From Nanobdellota archaeon (GTDB lineage: Archaea; Nanobdellota; Nanobdellia; Pacearchaeales; GW2011-AR1): 35,081 bases of DNA. Of the stretch, positions 1 through 8,271 are shown piece by piece; the first letter of the stretch is position 1; the number at the start of each line of letters is the position of its first letter. Position numbers and translations under genes: made by a program. The notes below the pieces were generated by a model. That model saw only the letters and a list, made by a program, of their open reading frames with translations. It searched no databases and was not told where the DNA came from. The stretch lies in the NCBI GenBank assembly GCA_030704765.1, contig JAUYDD010000164.1:1-35081 (forward strand). Reading direction: 5' to 3'.

Positions 1-62
1 AAATTTCTGAGCGCACCCAAAAAACTTCTGAAAGTTTTTTAGTGTGCTCCAAAATGCCTTCT
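1..62. repeat. Terminal direct repeat, left copy (identical to 35020..35081)
   Basis: Compared base by base: nt 1-62 (aaatttctgagcgcaccc...ccaaaatgccttct) equal nt 35020-35081. The identity is truncated only by the window ends. Confidence 0.95.
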
Positions 63-106
63 CTTTCTATCCATTAAAATAGATAGGTATGAGAAGAGCA
101 TTTTGG
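9..106 (+). repeat. GC-rich structured intergenic element, copy E2 (clamp stem + GTGTGCTC core + nested hairpin)
   Basis: GAGCGCAC 9-16 pairs with GTGTGCTC 42-49 (one G-U), enclosing AAAAAACTT 19-27 / AAGTTTTTT 32-40 (loop CTGA). Core TTTTTTAGTGTGCTCCAAAATGC 35-57 resembles the cores at 9924, 27193 and 34912. CCAAAATGC 49-57 pairs with GCATTTTGG 98-106, CTTCTC 58-63 with GAGAAG 91-96, and CTATC 67-71 with GATAG 82-86. Confidence 0.55.
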
Positions 107-180
107 ACATCTTAAAAGATGAAGTTTATTTTCCGACATAAAAAAAGTTTAGATATTTATTATATTCAAAAGAAGATAAT

Positions 181-188
181 TTTAAATA
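181..188 (+). promoter_or_regulatory. TATA-like box (TTTAAATA) about 25 nt upstream of ATG 210
   Basis: AT-rich octamer centred about 25 nt before the start codon, with no SD-like purine run in between. The spacing fits an archaeal leaderless or short-leader promoter. Weak in an AT-rich background. Confidence 0.35.
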
Positions 189-209
189 GGATATAAAATA
201 TAGCTTAAA

Positions 210-1289
210 ATGACAAGAAAGTTATGTGTATTTTCGTTTAGTTATGCACCAAACAAAAAAGCTATGCTTGATTATTTAGAAAAAATATTTCCAAGAGAAG
301 TTGAAATGTTTCTTTTCACTACAAAAGAGTATGCTAAAGATTTTGAAAAATGTGATTATAAAAAAATTAAAGTATTAGAAAATAAATCAAACAGATTAAC
401 GAGTTTTTTTTATTTACGTAAATTTTGTAAAGAAAATTCTATTGATAGAATAATCAACATAGGTACCTTGCCTTATGAAGCTTTTCCAATGATATTTTCT
501 AGCATTTTTACAAAAACTGAAACTTTGGTCTTTCATCTTGGAAATCCTATTGAATGCCTTAAGGTAGGTAATATAAAAAACCGTATTTATGCTATATTTG
601 AAGCTTTTTTTGATTTCACATTATCATTATTTCCTAAAAAAATACTTTTGTGTACTAAAGAACTTACTAATGATTCTAAAAAAATATTGTTTTTTTCTAA
701 AAATAAGATTTTTTATCTAGCTCCAACAATACCAACCTCTTTTTTTAAACCCTTAAACAAACAAAAAACAAGAAAGAAACTGGGTTTTAAAACTAAAGAC
801 AAGATAATAATATTTGCTGGAAGAGTGCATTATCTCAAAGGTTCTGATTTTTTAATTGATGCTATAAAAAATAATCCAGATAAAAAATTTATTGTCATAG
901 GAAAAATAATAGATAAAAAATTTCTTAAAGAAAAATTTGAAAATATTATTCATATTGAATCTTTATCCCATGAAGAACTTGTGAAATATTATAATATTTC
1001 TGATCTTTGTTTATTTCCAAGCAGATTAGAGGGATTAGCTTTGGTTCCCCGAGAAGCTATGTCCTGTAGTACTCCTGCAATAGTCTTAGATAATAAAAGC
1101 TTTGAATCTATAGAAAAAACAATAAAAGTTCCAGCGGTCTCAAAAGAGATAAATAGAGCTATTGATAGTTTTTTTAACTTATCAAAAAAACAGATAAATC
1201 TGATCTCAAAAGATTCAAGAGACTTCATTATAAAAGAATATGATGATTTAGTATGGAAAGATTTATATGTTGATTATATCTTAAACTAA
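210..1289 (+). CDS. Glycosyltransferase, GT4-like (GT-B fold)
   Basis: 359-aa ORF with ATG start. C-terminal donor-binding signature IIIFAGRVHYLKG ... FPSRLEGLALVPREAMSCSTPAIV is typical of Glycos_transf_1/GT4 enzymes. Confidence 0.7.
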   Translation: MTRKLCVFSFSYAPNKKAMLDYLEKIFPREVEMFLFTTKEYAKDFEKCDYKKIKVLENKSNRLTSFFYLRKFCKENSIDRIINIGTLPYEAFPMIFSSIFTKTETLVFHLGNPIECLKVGNIKNRIYAIFEAFFDFTLSLFPKKILLCTKELTNDSKKILFFSKNKIFYLAPTIPTSFFKPLNKQKTRKKLGFKTKDKIIIFAGRVHYLKGSDFLIDAIKNNPDKKFIVIGKIIDKKFLKEKFENIIHIESLSHEELVKYYNISDLCLFPSRLEGLALVPREAMSCSTPAIVLDNKSFESIEKTIKVPAVSKEINRAIDSFFNLSKKQINLISKDSRDFIIKEYDDLVWKDLYVDYILN

Positions 1290-1364
1290 ACAATGCATTT
1301 TATTGACAGGATTTATAAACAAAAAAGATTAGGATAAAAAGATGAATAAAAAATTAGTCTTTGT

Positions 1365-2012
1365 TTATTTATTTATTTTATGATGTTTTGCAAAAATCAT
1401 CATAGTATATTTTAAATGTTTTCCAAGAATATTGCATAAAATATCTTGTACTAATCTTTTAAAAGTATCTATTTTATGGAAATTAACAAAATTATATTTT
1501 TCTATTACAAAACCATGCCTATTCAGAAGTGTCTTAATTACTGTTGGAGAAAAAAATATAGTATGTTCAGAATTCACTGAAAGATCATTATTAAGTAATC
1601 TAATAATACCCCCTATTTTATAATTGAGACAAAAGATATTCGGAGTAGATATAATAAGATAACCTTCTTTTTTTAAATGCTCTTTTGCTCTATCAAGAAA
1701 AAGACCGGGATTACTCAAATGCTCTATTACATCTCCTGCAAAAATAACATCGAATCTCTTTTTATTAAACTTAAAATCCTCTGCACTCATAAAGTGCACG
1801 TCATAACCTCTTTTTTTTAGTTCTTTTATTCCCTCTTTATCTATATCTATGCCTGTAACTGATTTTGCATATTTTTTTAAAAATCCATAAATCCATATAT
1901 TCTCAGGATTATCTATAATAGTAAAATCAGTGAAACATCCTATATCTAAAACATCTTTATCTACAATATACTCATAGATTTCTCTTGATCTATCATCATT
2001 AATTTTTTCCAT
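1365..2012 (-). CDS. Class I SAM-dependent methyltransferase
   Basis: 215 aa. Motif I DVLDIGC, acidic loop VTGIDID, DVIFAGDVIEHLSNP and LKKEGYLIISTPN match the Methyltransf_11/23-type layout. Overlaps the upstream GT4 stop by 14 nt, consistent with operon coupling. Confidence 0.7.
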   Translation of the reverse strand: MEKINDDRSREIYEYIVDKDVLDIGCFTDFTIIDNPENIWIYGFLKKYAKSVTGIDIDKEGIKELKKRGYDVHFMSAEDFKFNKKRFDVIFAGDVIEHLSNPGLFLDRAKEHLKKEGYLIISTPNIFCLNYKIGGIIRLLNNDLSVNSEHTIFFSPTVIKTLLNRHGFVIEKYNFVNFHKIDTFKRLVQDILCNILGKHLKYTMMIFAKHHKINK

Positions 2013-3177
2013 TTTGATAGTCTTTAACAGTATTTTTGATTATCCTATTCCACTTATATATATTTGCGTATTTTCTTATATCCTTTTTCCATGTTAAAAC
2101 CTCTTTTACACTATTAATAATATCTTCTGTATTCTTTTGCCGGATTATTGCCCCATTTATATTATTTTCCACCATTAGTGGAATTCCTCCAATGTTTGTC
2201 ACAACAACAGGAAGGTTCCTTGCAAAAGCTTCCATCACTGTTACTGGAGCTCCTTCTTTAGATGAAGGCAAAACAAGACAATCAGCTGAACTTAAATAAA
2301 GCAATTTTTTTGCCTTAAAAACCCCTCCTAAAAAATAGACATTAGATTGAGCTTTTTCTTTTGAATAATTCTCTAACGATTCTCTTTCATTTCCATAACC
2401 TAAAATATATAAGTCATGTTCTTTTAGATTCTCCATAGCAGCTATAAGATATCTTACACCTTTTACTTCACTTATCCTTCCAATATAAAGAATTATTTTT
2501 TTATCCAATGGAATTTTCAATTTTTTTCTTGCAGAATCTTTTTTTATTTTTTTAAAATATATGTCTTCTATACCCATTGTCTGAAATATTGATTTTGAAT
2601 CAGGTGCTACAGACCTTAGATAATCCAGTTCTTCATTTGAAAGAGCATAAAAAACTTTTATATTCTTTAATATAATATTTTCCCATAACTGAGCTAAAAT
2701 AAAAAATAGAAAGAAAAATCTTTTCTTTTTTGATTCTTTCAGATGTTTAAATGGAGAGCTTCCTCCATGATGTTGAGCAATAATTCTAATGTTTTTAAAA
2801 AAACTAGCAATCCATAATCCATGAAGATTATGATATTCATGCAAATGAATAACTAGGCCATAATCCTCTTTTTTACTTTTTTTTATTTCTTTTCTTAATT
2901 CTTTTAACATGGATAAGGAAAAGTCAAGCGCATATATAGGTGAAAATGTTGTTGGAAAAAACCTCAGTAAAATCCTATTCTTGGTTATTTCTTCATATTT
3001 TTTATTTAATTTTTCAGGAGCCCAACATTCTACTTCAATTTTTGGATAGTATTTTTTTAATTGTACTGCTGTCTTAAAATACCAGTCATTCAATACAATA
3101 TCAATTAAACTATCTTTTTCATTTGCAAAATATGAATGAGAAGCATGTGCAATATGAATGACTTTTAATTTATTCAT
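1999..3177 (-). CDS. Glycosyltransferase, GT4-like (GT-B fold)
   Basis: 392 aa. ILYIGRISEVKGVRYLI ... LVLPSSKEGAPVTVMEAFARNLPVVVTNIGGIP is the classic GT4 C-terminal motif. Confidence 0.75.
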   Translation of the reverse strand: MNKLKVIHIAHASHSYFANEKDSLIDIVLNDWYFKTAVQLKKYYPKIEVECWAPEKLNKKYEEITKNRILLRFFPTTFSPIYALDFSLSMLKELRKEIKKSKKEDYGLVIHLHEYHNLHGLWIASFFKNIRIIAQHHGGSSPFKHLKESKKKRFFFLFFILAQLWENIILKNIKVFYALSNEELDYLRSVAPDSKSIFQTMGIEDIYFKKIKKDSARKKLKIPLDKKIILYIGRISEVKGVRYLIAAMENLKEHDLYILGYGNERESLENYSKEKAQSNVYFLGGVFKAKKLLYLSSADCLVLPSSKEGAPVTVMEAFARNLPVVVTNIGGIPLMVENNINGAIIRQKNTEDIINSVKEVLTWKKDIRKYANIYKWNRIIKNTVKDYQNGKN

Positions 3178-3200
3178 TTGACAGAAGAGAAGATAGGGGT

Positions 3201-3210
3201 TTATAAAATT
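3201..3210 (-). promoter_or_regulatory. TATA-like box (minus strand AATTTTATAA) 24-33 nt upstream of ATG 3177
   Basis: Lies in the 31-nt gap between the epimerase stop (3209-3211) and the GT4 start. It could be an internal promoter, or simply AT-rich spacer in a co-transcribed pair. Confidence 0.3.
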
Positions 3211-4246
3211 AATTGGTCTTTATAAATAGGTTTTCAGTTCTTTTAATCCAGTCTATAAGACTTTTTACACCTTCTCTTGGAAGAACTATAGGTTCCCATT
3301 TCAGATATTTTTTTGCTTTAGATATATCTGAGACATAATATCTTAAATCACCAAATCTATCGGGGCCATGTATAATATTTGATTTTTTTCCTGTTATTTC
3401 TTCTATTAATCTAATACATTCAATTAAAGAAATCATTGTTTTTTCTCCACCACCTATGTTATAGATTCCTGGAACCTGATTATTATAAAATGCGTCAAAT
3501 GCTAAAGCTACATCTGTTGCATAAAGTATATCCCTTAATTGTTTTCCTGTACCAAATATAGTCAAGGGTAATCCTAAGTAGTTTCTTATAGCAAAATTAG
3601 CTACCCATCCGTGATCTTCTCCACCAAACTGGTTTGGACCATAAATGCCTGTTAATCTAAAACTTGCTGCCTTTAATTTATATGTATCCATATAACATCT
3701 AACATAATTTTCAGCTGAGGATTTAGATGCATGCAAGGGAGTCACTACACCTTGTAATAATGCTTCTTGTTCATCTATTGTTACTGGACTTCTTACATAC
3801 CGAGTCTCTATTTCTTTTAATTCTGAATTTATTTTATCAGGACCATAACAATGAATAGAATTGCAGGAAACAATAGGAATATCGTATTTTCGTGCTGCTT
3901 CCAATACATTGAATGTTCCAATAACATTGGTTGTAAAATCTAATTCAGGGTCTTCAGAACTCAAGGTCATTGTAGGTTGTGCTGCAGTATGACTTATAAA
4001 ATCGCATCCTTTAGCATAATTCAATAGTGTTACTTTATCCCTTATATCTTCAACTACAACTTTTACACCCATAGCTTCTAATAATTTTTGATTATAGTAA
4101 CGTGATTCTGGTTTCATATAAGAATTTTTAGAAAACTCATATTTAGTAAGATTATCATAAGCTATGACTTCCCAACCTTTTTTCTTATACATCTCGCAAA
4201 TATGGCTTCCTAAAAAGCCACATCCGCCTGTAATTAAAACTTTCAT
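3209..4246 (-). CDS. NAD-dependent sugar epimerase/dehydratase (extended SDR), CDP-paratose/tyvelose 2-epimerase-like
   Basis: 345 aa. N-terminal Rossmann motif MKVLITGGCGFLGSH. FGGEDHGWVANFAIRNYLGLPLTIFGTGKQLRD resembles the CDP-tyvelose epimerase family block. The expected YxxxK reads LHASK (see finding). Confidence 0.75.
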   Translation of the reverse strand: MKVLITGGCGFLGSHICEMYKKKGWEVIAYDNLTKYEFSKNSYMKPESRYYNQKLLEAMGVKVVVEDIRDKVTLLNYAKGCDFISHTAAQPTMTLSSEDPELDFTTNVIGTFNVLEAARKYDIPIVSCNSIHCYGPDKINSELKEIETRYVRSPVTIDEQEALLQGVVTPLHASKSSAENYVRCYMDTYKLKAASFRLTGIYGPNQFGGEDHGWVANFAIRNYLGLPLTIFGTGKQLRDILYATDVALAFDAFYNNQVPGIYNIGGGEKTMISLIECIRLIEEITGKKSNIIHGPDRFGDLRYYVSDISKAKKYLKWEPIVLPREGVKSLIDWIKRTENLFIKTN

Positions 4247-4278
4247 TTTTTTGTTTATTTTTGTTTAAAAATGGAAGA

Positions 4279-4301
4279 TCAGAAAATTTTTAATTTTCTG
4301 A
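4279..4301. repeat. Hairpin TCAGAAAATT/AATTTTCTGA followed by GC, related to hairpin 35004..35029
   Basis: 10-nt arms at 4279-4288 and 4292-4301. Same TCAGAAA-TT ... AATTTCTGAGC theme as at 35004-35031 (= 2-12). Lies in the divergent intergenic region between the epimerase and the radical-SAM gene. Confidence 0.5.
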
Positions 4302-4391
4302 GCTTTTGGCATATATAGGTAATATTTAAATAACTTAAAAAGATTTCTATAAAATTAGAACTGCTTATTGATTTCGGATTTTATTAATCAT

Positions 4392-4400
4392 ATTTATAAA
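4392..4400 (+). promoter_or_regulatory. TATA-like box (ATTTATAAA) about 27 nt upstream of ATG 4423
   Basis: Position and sequence fit an archaeal TATA box. No SD-like element precedes the ATG. Confidence 0.35.
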
Positions 4401-4422
4401 CCCATTAGTTTTTTATGGGATT

Positions 4423-5553
4423 ATGCCAAAAATGCCTTTATCCCATAAATTGAAGCTGTTTTCAAATTTTATATATGCAGGAAGATTTAGAGAAATCTAT
4501 AATATGATTTGGGTATATCCTTTATGGTGGAACAGAAAAACTGCAGCTTTTTTATTGAATAATTTTTTTCCTAAACTTGGAATAGACCTATTTCCACCGT
4601 TTCTTGAAATAGAACCAACTACAGTTTGCAATTTCAGGTGTGTCTGCTGTGAACATACTTATTGGAAAGAACCTTCTATAAACATGAGTTTTGAAAAATT
4701 TAAAAAAATTATTGATGATTTTAAGAGACCAAAATGGCTTGGATTAACTGGAATTGGTTCCTCATATCTGAATAAAGATTATCATAAGATGCTGAAATAT
4801 GCTAAATCTAAAGGAACAATAATAGAAGTATTTGATCATTTTGCGCATTTTAAGAATGATGATGAAATAAAAGAATTAATAGAAATAGGCCCTGATTTCC
4901 AGTTTGTTTCTATGTATGGCTCTAGTAAAATATCTTTTGAAAAAGTATGTGTTGGAAGTGATTTTGAAAAAATCATAAAAAATCTCAAGATATTTGTAAA
5001 GTTAAAAAAACAAATGAAAAAAAGATTTCCTATATTGAATTTCCATTATATTGTGACTAGTGAATCAAAGGATGAAATACTTGATTTTTTAGACTTAGTT
5101 CATTCTCTTAATACAGAAGTTGGAGAGATACTTGTGACTCCAATGCTCCATGGATATAAAGAAGCTAAAAAATACGAAGTTAGGATTGATCCTGATTATG
5201 TTAAAAAAGTAGAAGAAAGAGCAAAAAAATATAAAATAGCGGTAACAGTCAATATGTCAGCAAAACAAGAAGCAGAAGGCCTTATTTGCAAACCTCCAAT
5301 CAGGAATTGCAAAGAGTATATCATGCCTTTTATTTTTGTCACAGGTGATGTAACACCTTGTTGCGGTCAAAATGAAGCTAATGCAAGAGATTGGCAGAAA
5401 AACACTTCTCTTGGAAATGTGTTTGAAAGGCCATTTAAAGATATTTGGTATTCTCAAAAATATGTAAATATGAGAAAAATTATAAGAAAGAATAAAGTTC
5501 CAAAAGAATGTCTTTTATGTCCTGCTTATGATATATCTAAATTACATATATAG
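4423..5553 (+). CDS. Radical SAM enzyme with SPASM/twitch-like C-terminal Cys-rich domain
   Basis: 376 aa. LEIEPTTVCNFRCVCCEH contains CxxxCxxC (C-NFR-C-VC-C). C-terminal Cys cluster: CKPPIRNC ... GDVTPCCGQ ... ECLLCPAY. Confidence 0.75.
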   Translation: MPKMPLSHKLKLFSNFIYAGRFREIYNMIWVYPLWWNRKTAAFLLNNFFPKLGIDLFPPFLEIEPTTVCNFRCVCCEHTYWKEPSINMSFEKFKKIIDDFKRPKWLGLTGIGSSYLNKDYHKMLKYAKSKGTIIEVFDHFAHFKNDDEIKELIEIGPDFQFVSMYGSSKISFEKVCVGSDFEKIIKNLKIFVKLKKQMKKRFPILNFHYIVTSESKDEILDFLDLVHSLNTEVGEILVTPMLHGYKEAKKYEVRIDPDYVKKVEERAKKYKIAVTVNMSAKQEAEGLICKPPIRNCKEYIMPFIFVTGDVTPCCGQNEANARDWQKNTSLGNVFERPFKDIWYSQKYVNMRKIIRKNKVPKECLLCPAYDISKLHI

Positions 5554-5601
5554 AAGATAAGAATAAGTAAAAAATATTATTATATTGTATTTATAAACAT
5601 T

Positions 5602-5976
5602 TTATTCTTTTGGAAGTTTATCTTTTTCTTTTCTTTTCTTGCTTTTTTCAAATACTTCTTCGAATTCTCCTTTTAAGTATTTAATAAAATCTTCTTTAAC
5701 GTCTTTTGAAATTATGTTTTGATTTACTAACTTATCAAGCGCTTCTTTTTTTTCTAATATCATGTTTAATTGTTTCATGTCCTGTTCATCAGCATAATTT
5801 CTATACATTTCTGTTAAACCCCATATAGTTAAAGGTATTCCTATTAACAAAAGAAGGTTTATAGAGCTAGAATTTACATCAGCTAAAGAAGAAAAATACC
5901 ATGCTGATCCAGTACATAAGAGGCCAAGAAAAGTGATTAAAAAGTCGTATTTTATATATTTTGGAATGTCAGCCAT
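5602..5976 (-). CDS. Small membrane protein (two predicted TM helices plus charged coiled C-terminal tail), function unknown
   Basis: The ORF track starts at GTG 5982. The ATG at 5976 lies 5 nt downstream of GAGG, so I prefer 5976 as the start. Hydrophobic stretches FLITFLGLLCTGSAWYF and LLLLIGIPLTIWGL, followed by a Lys/Glu-rich tail. Confidence 0.45.
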   Translation of the reverse strand: MADIPKYIKYDFLITFLGLLCTGSAWYFSSLADVNSSSINLLLLIGIPLTIWGLTEMYRNYADEQDMKQLNMILEKKEALDKLVNQNIISKDVKEDFIKYLKGEFEEVFEKSKKRKEKDKLPKE

Positions 5977-5978
5977 AT

Positions 5979-5985
5979 TCACCTC
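5979..5985 (-). promoter_or_regulatory. Shine-Dalgarno-like GAGGTGA for the internal gene starting at 5976
   Basis: Minus strand reads AGTAGAGGTGAATATG. The element overlaps the TAG stop (5985-5987) of the upstream small ORF. Confidence 0.5.
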
Positions 5986-6179
5986 TACTTAGTTAATCCT
6001 ACTATAATTGCTATAATAATTAATATCCCTCCAAAAAAACTATAAGATACACTTCCTAATGATGTCATCAATTTAATTATATTGCTCTCGATTAAATAAT
6101 TGTTGAATAGAATTAATGCTACACCTATAACTGACAGAAGAATTACCCACAAACTACGCCTTGACCTCTTTCTACCCAT
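5985..6179 (-). CDS. Small membrane protein (64 aa, two predicted TM helices), function unknown
   Basis: ATG start. Basic N-terminus MGRKRSRRS, then LWVILLSVIGVALILF and FFGGILIIIAIIVGL. Translationally coupled to the next small ORF. Confidence 0.4.
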   Translation of the reverse strand: MGRKRSRRSLWVILLSVIGVALILFNNYLIESNIIKLMTSLGSVSYSFFGGILIIIAIIVGLTK

Positions 6180-6280
6180 AAGTAAGCTATATCTTTTTAA
6201 TTTTTAAACTTACCTATTTTAACCTTATCATAATGTTGCAATGATACTATCTAATATATGGAAATTCTTGCAAAAAATAA

Positions 6281-8152
6281 TTATTTTTTCCAAACATCTT
6301 TAAATGCTTTTATCATTTTATCAGAAAAAATACCCCAGCTTAGATTCTTCTTAATGAATAAAGAGGATTTTTTTGCATCTATAGAATATTTTTTATAATT
6401 ATCATATATCTCTATTATGGATTTTGGGTAATCTTTAGTTACAATTCCCAAATTATTCTTTTTCAATATTGATGCTGCACCAAGTTCATCTGAAACAATT
6501 ATTGGATTACCTGAACATAACATTTCAAAAGGTGCAAGCCATCCTCCTTGTTTTCCAACTGGAAAAATACCTATATTCGAAGCTTTGTATAAGTCTCTTA
6601 AATCTTCTCTATTCAAGTTACCTGTAAAATAAACATATTTCTCTAATTTTTTTTCTTTTATAAAATCTTCAAGCTTCTTCATATATGATTCATCTGCTAC
6701 TTTTCCAGCAAAGACCATTAAAATATTAGGAATCTTATCTTTTACTTTTTCTATTGCTTTCAAGGAATCTAATTGATTTTTTGATTCAGTTATCATTCCA
6801 GATTGGATTATTGTAAACTTAGATTTTAGATTGAATTTTTTTATAGCATTATTCTTATTTCCTTTTGAGAAAAAATCATGATTAATACCATAATAAACTA
6901 TCTTTGGATTTTTATTATACCTTTCAATACATCTTTGTTTATTGAGTTCATCAGCAACGCAGATTATGTCAACTGAACTCCTTATTATTTTTTTATCCAT
7001 AAAATTCCTTAGTTTATTCATGATTTTCAATCTTAAGCCTGCATCAGGCTTACTCCAGAGATTAGGTGGTTCATTCAACATCCAGACACATGGTTTTTTA
7101 TATGGAAATAAAGTCCATGTCACTGGAAAATTATGGAAATTTATGACATCGTAATCTTTTTTTAATTTTCTTATTATTTTCCTATAGAGATTTATGAATT
7201 CTATTATCTCCTTTGTATTTTTAAATCCAGGGGGTTCTAAATTGATATTATGTTTGGGAATGATAATCTCTGTGTTTATCAAAAGGTTCTCTACTTCCTT
7301 AGATTTTGATAAAGCTAGAATGTCGTTTTTTATACCTTTTTTAGTTAGTTCATTTGCTAATTCTACTACTAATAGTTCTGCTCCTCCAAAGTATTTCATC
7401 TGAGTATGTACAAGCAAGACTCTAGGATTAGATTTTTTTATTGATTCTTTAGCTAGATTATAGTCCTCCTCTGTATTAATATTTACATAGCTCTTAGTGA
7501 TAGGATAGACATATACTTTTTTTCCATCATCTACAGCTACCTGTATCCAATCAACAAGCTCTTTTTCACCCCTATTAGCGTTTATTGGAGTCCTTTCAAT
7601 ATATTCAAGCATCTCGTTTTTCAATATGCAATGTCCAGTGCCTTTTATCTTGTTTATTGGTACTTTTGGTTTTTCAATCAATCTAAAGACCCTTCCTTTT
7701 TCATTAACCATAGCTGAATAAGTCTTTCCTATGCTTAATTTATCTTCTTCAAAAGTAATTCCGCATATAGCAAATAATTCATCTTTTTTGAATCTTTTAA
7801 CCATGCCTTTTATATCCGGATCAACCAATATCTCATCTGCTAACATTAATAAAAAATCTGAATCTTTAACTGCTTCTTTTGCACACTCTACTGCATTAAC
7901 AAGGCCTTTTTGTTCTTTTTGTACAACATACTTGACTTTGATTCCTTTGTATTCTGATCCTACTTGAGAAATTATTTCTTCTTTTTTATAACCTACAACT
8001 ATAATTATTTCACTTACATTAGCTTCTACTGCATGGTCTAGATTATATTCTATTAAAGGTTTTTCAAATAATTTCAAGAGACTTTTACTCTTATCATTTA
8101 TTAATTTATTTAATCTAGAACCTCTGCCACCTGCTAATATTAAGGCCTTCAT
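6281..8152 (-). CDS. Bifunctional fusion: sugar-1-phosphate nucleotidylyltransferase (N-terminal, about nt 7427-8152) + GT4-like glycosyltransferase (C-terminal, about nt 6284-7426)
   Basis: 623 aa. N-terminus MKALILAGGRGSRL...KSLLKLFEKPLIEY is the NTP_transferase signature. From about aa 243, RVLLVHTQMKYFGGAELLVVELANEL ... VFAGK ... IGIFPVGKQGGWLAPFEMLCSGNPIIVSDELG gives a GT-B/GT4 layout. Confidence 0.7.
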   Translation of the reverse strand: MKALILAGGRGSRLNKLINDKSKSLLKLFEKPLIEYNLDHAVEANVSEIIIVVGYKKEEIISQVGSEYKGIKVKYVVQKEQKGLVNAVECAKEAVKDSDFLLMLADEILVDPDIKGMVKRFKKDELFAICGITFEEDKLSIGKTYSAMVNEKGRVFRLIEKPKVPINKIKGTGHCILKNEMLEYIERTPINANRGEKELVDWIQVAVDDGKKVYVYPITKSYVNINTEEDYNLAKESIKKSNPRVLLVHTQMKYFGGAELLVVELANELTKKGIKNDILALSKSKEVENLLINTEIIIPKHNINLEPPGFKNTKEIIEFINLYRKIIRKLKKDYDVINFHNFPVTWTLFPYKKPCVWMLNEPPNLWSKPDAGLRLKIMNKLRNFMDKKIIRSSVDIICVADELNKQRCIERYNKNPKIVYYGINHDFFSKGNKNNAIKKFNLKSKFTIIQSGMITESKNQLDSLKAIEKVKDKIPNILMVFAGKVADESYMKKLEDFIKEKKLEKYVYFTGNLNREDLRDLYKASNIGIFPVGKQGGWLAPFEMLCSGNPIIVSDELGAASILKKNNLGIVTKDYPKSIIEIYDNYKKYSIDAKKSSLFIKKNLSWGIFSDKMIKAFKDVWKK

Positions 8153-8271
8153 AGCTATTTTTTAGGGTTTATTTGCTATTTAAAGTATTTATATCAATGA
8201 AAAGTTGTTTTATAAAATATATTTTAAGATATATACCAAACACTTAAAAAACATGATATTTTAAGATTTTA

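Noticed and set aside
1-62. The terminal repeats as attL/attR of an integrated genomic island.
   Set aside because: No integrase or recombinase is present in the window, and there is no tRNA target. The repeats coincide exactly with both window ends, which is more simply explained by circular or terminally redundant topology, or by assembly overlap.
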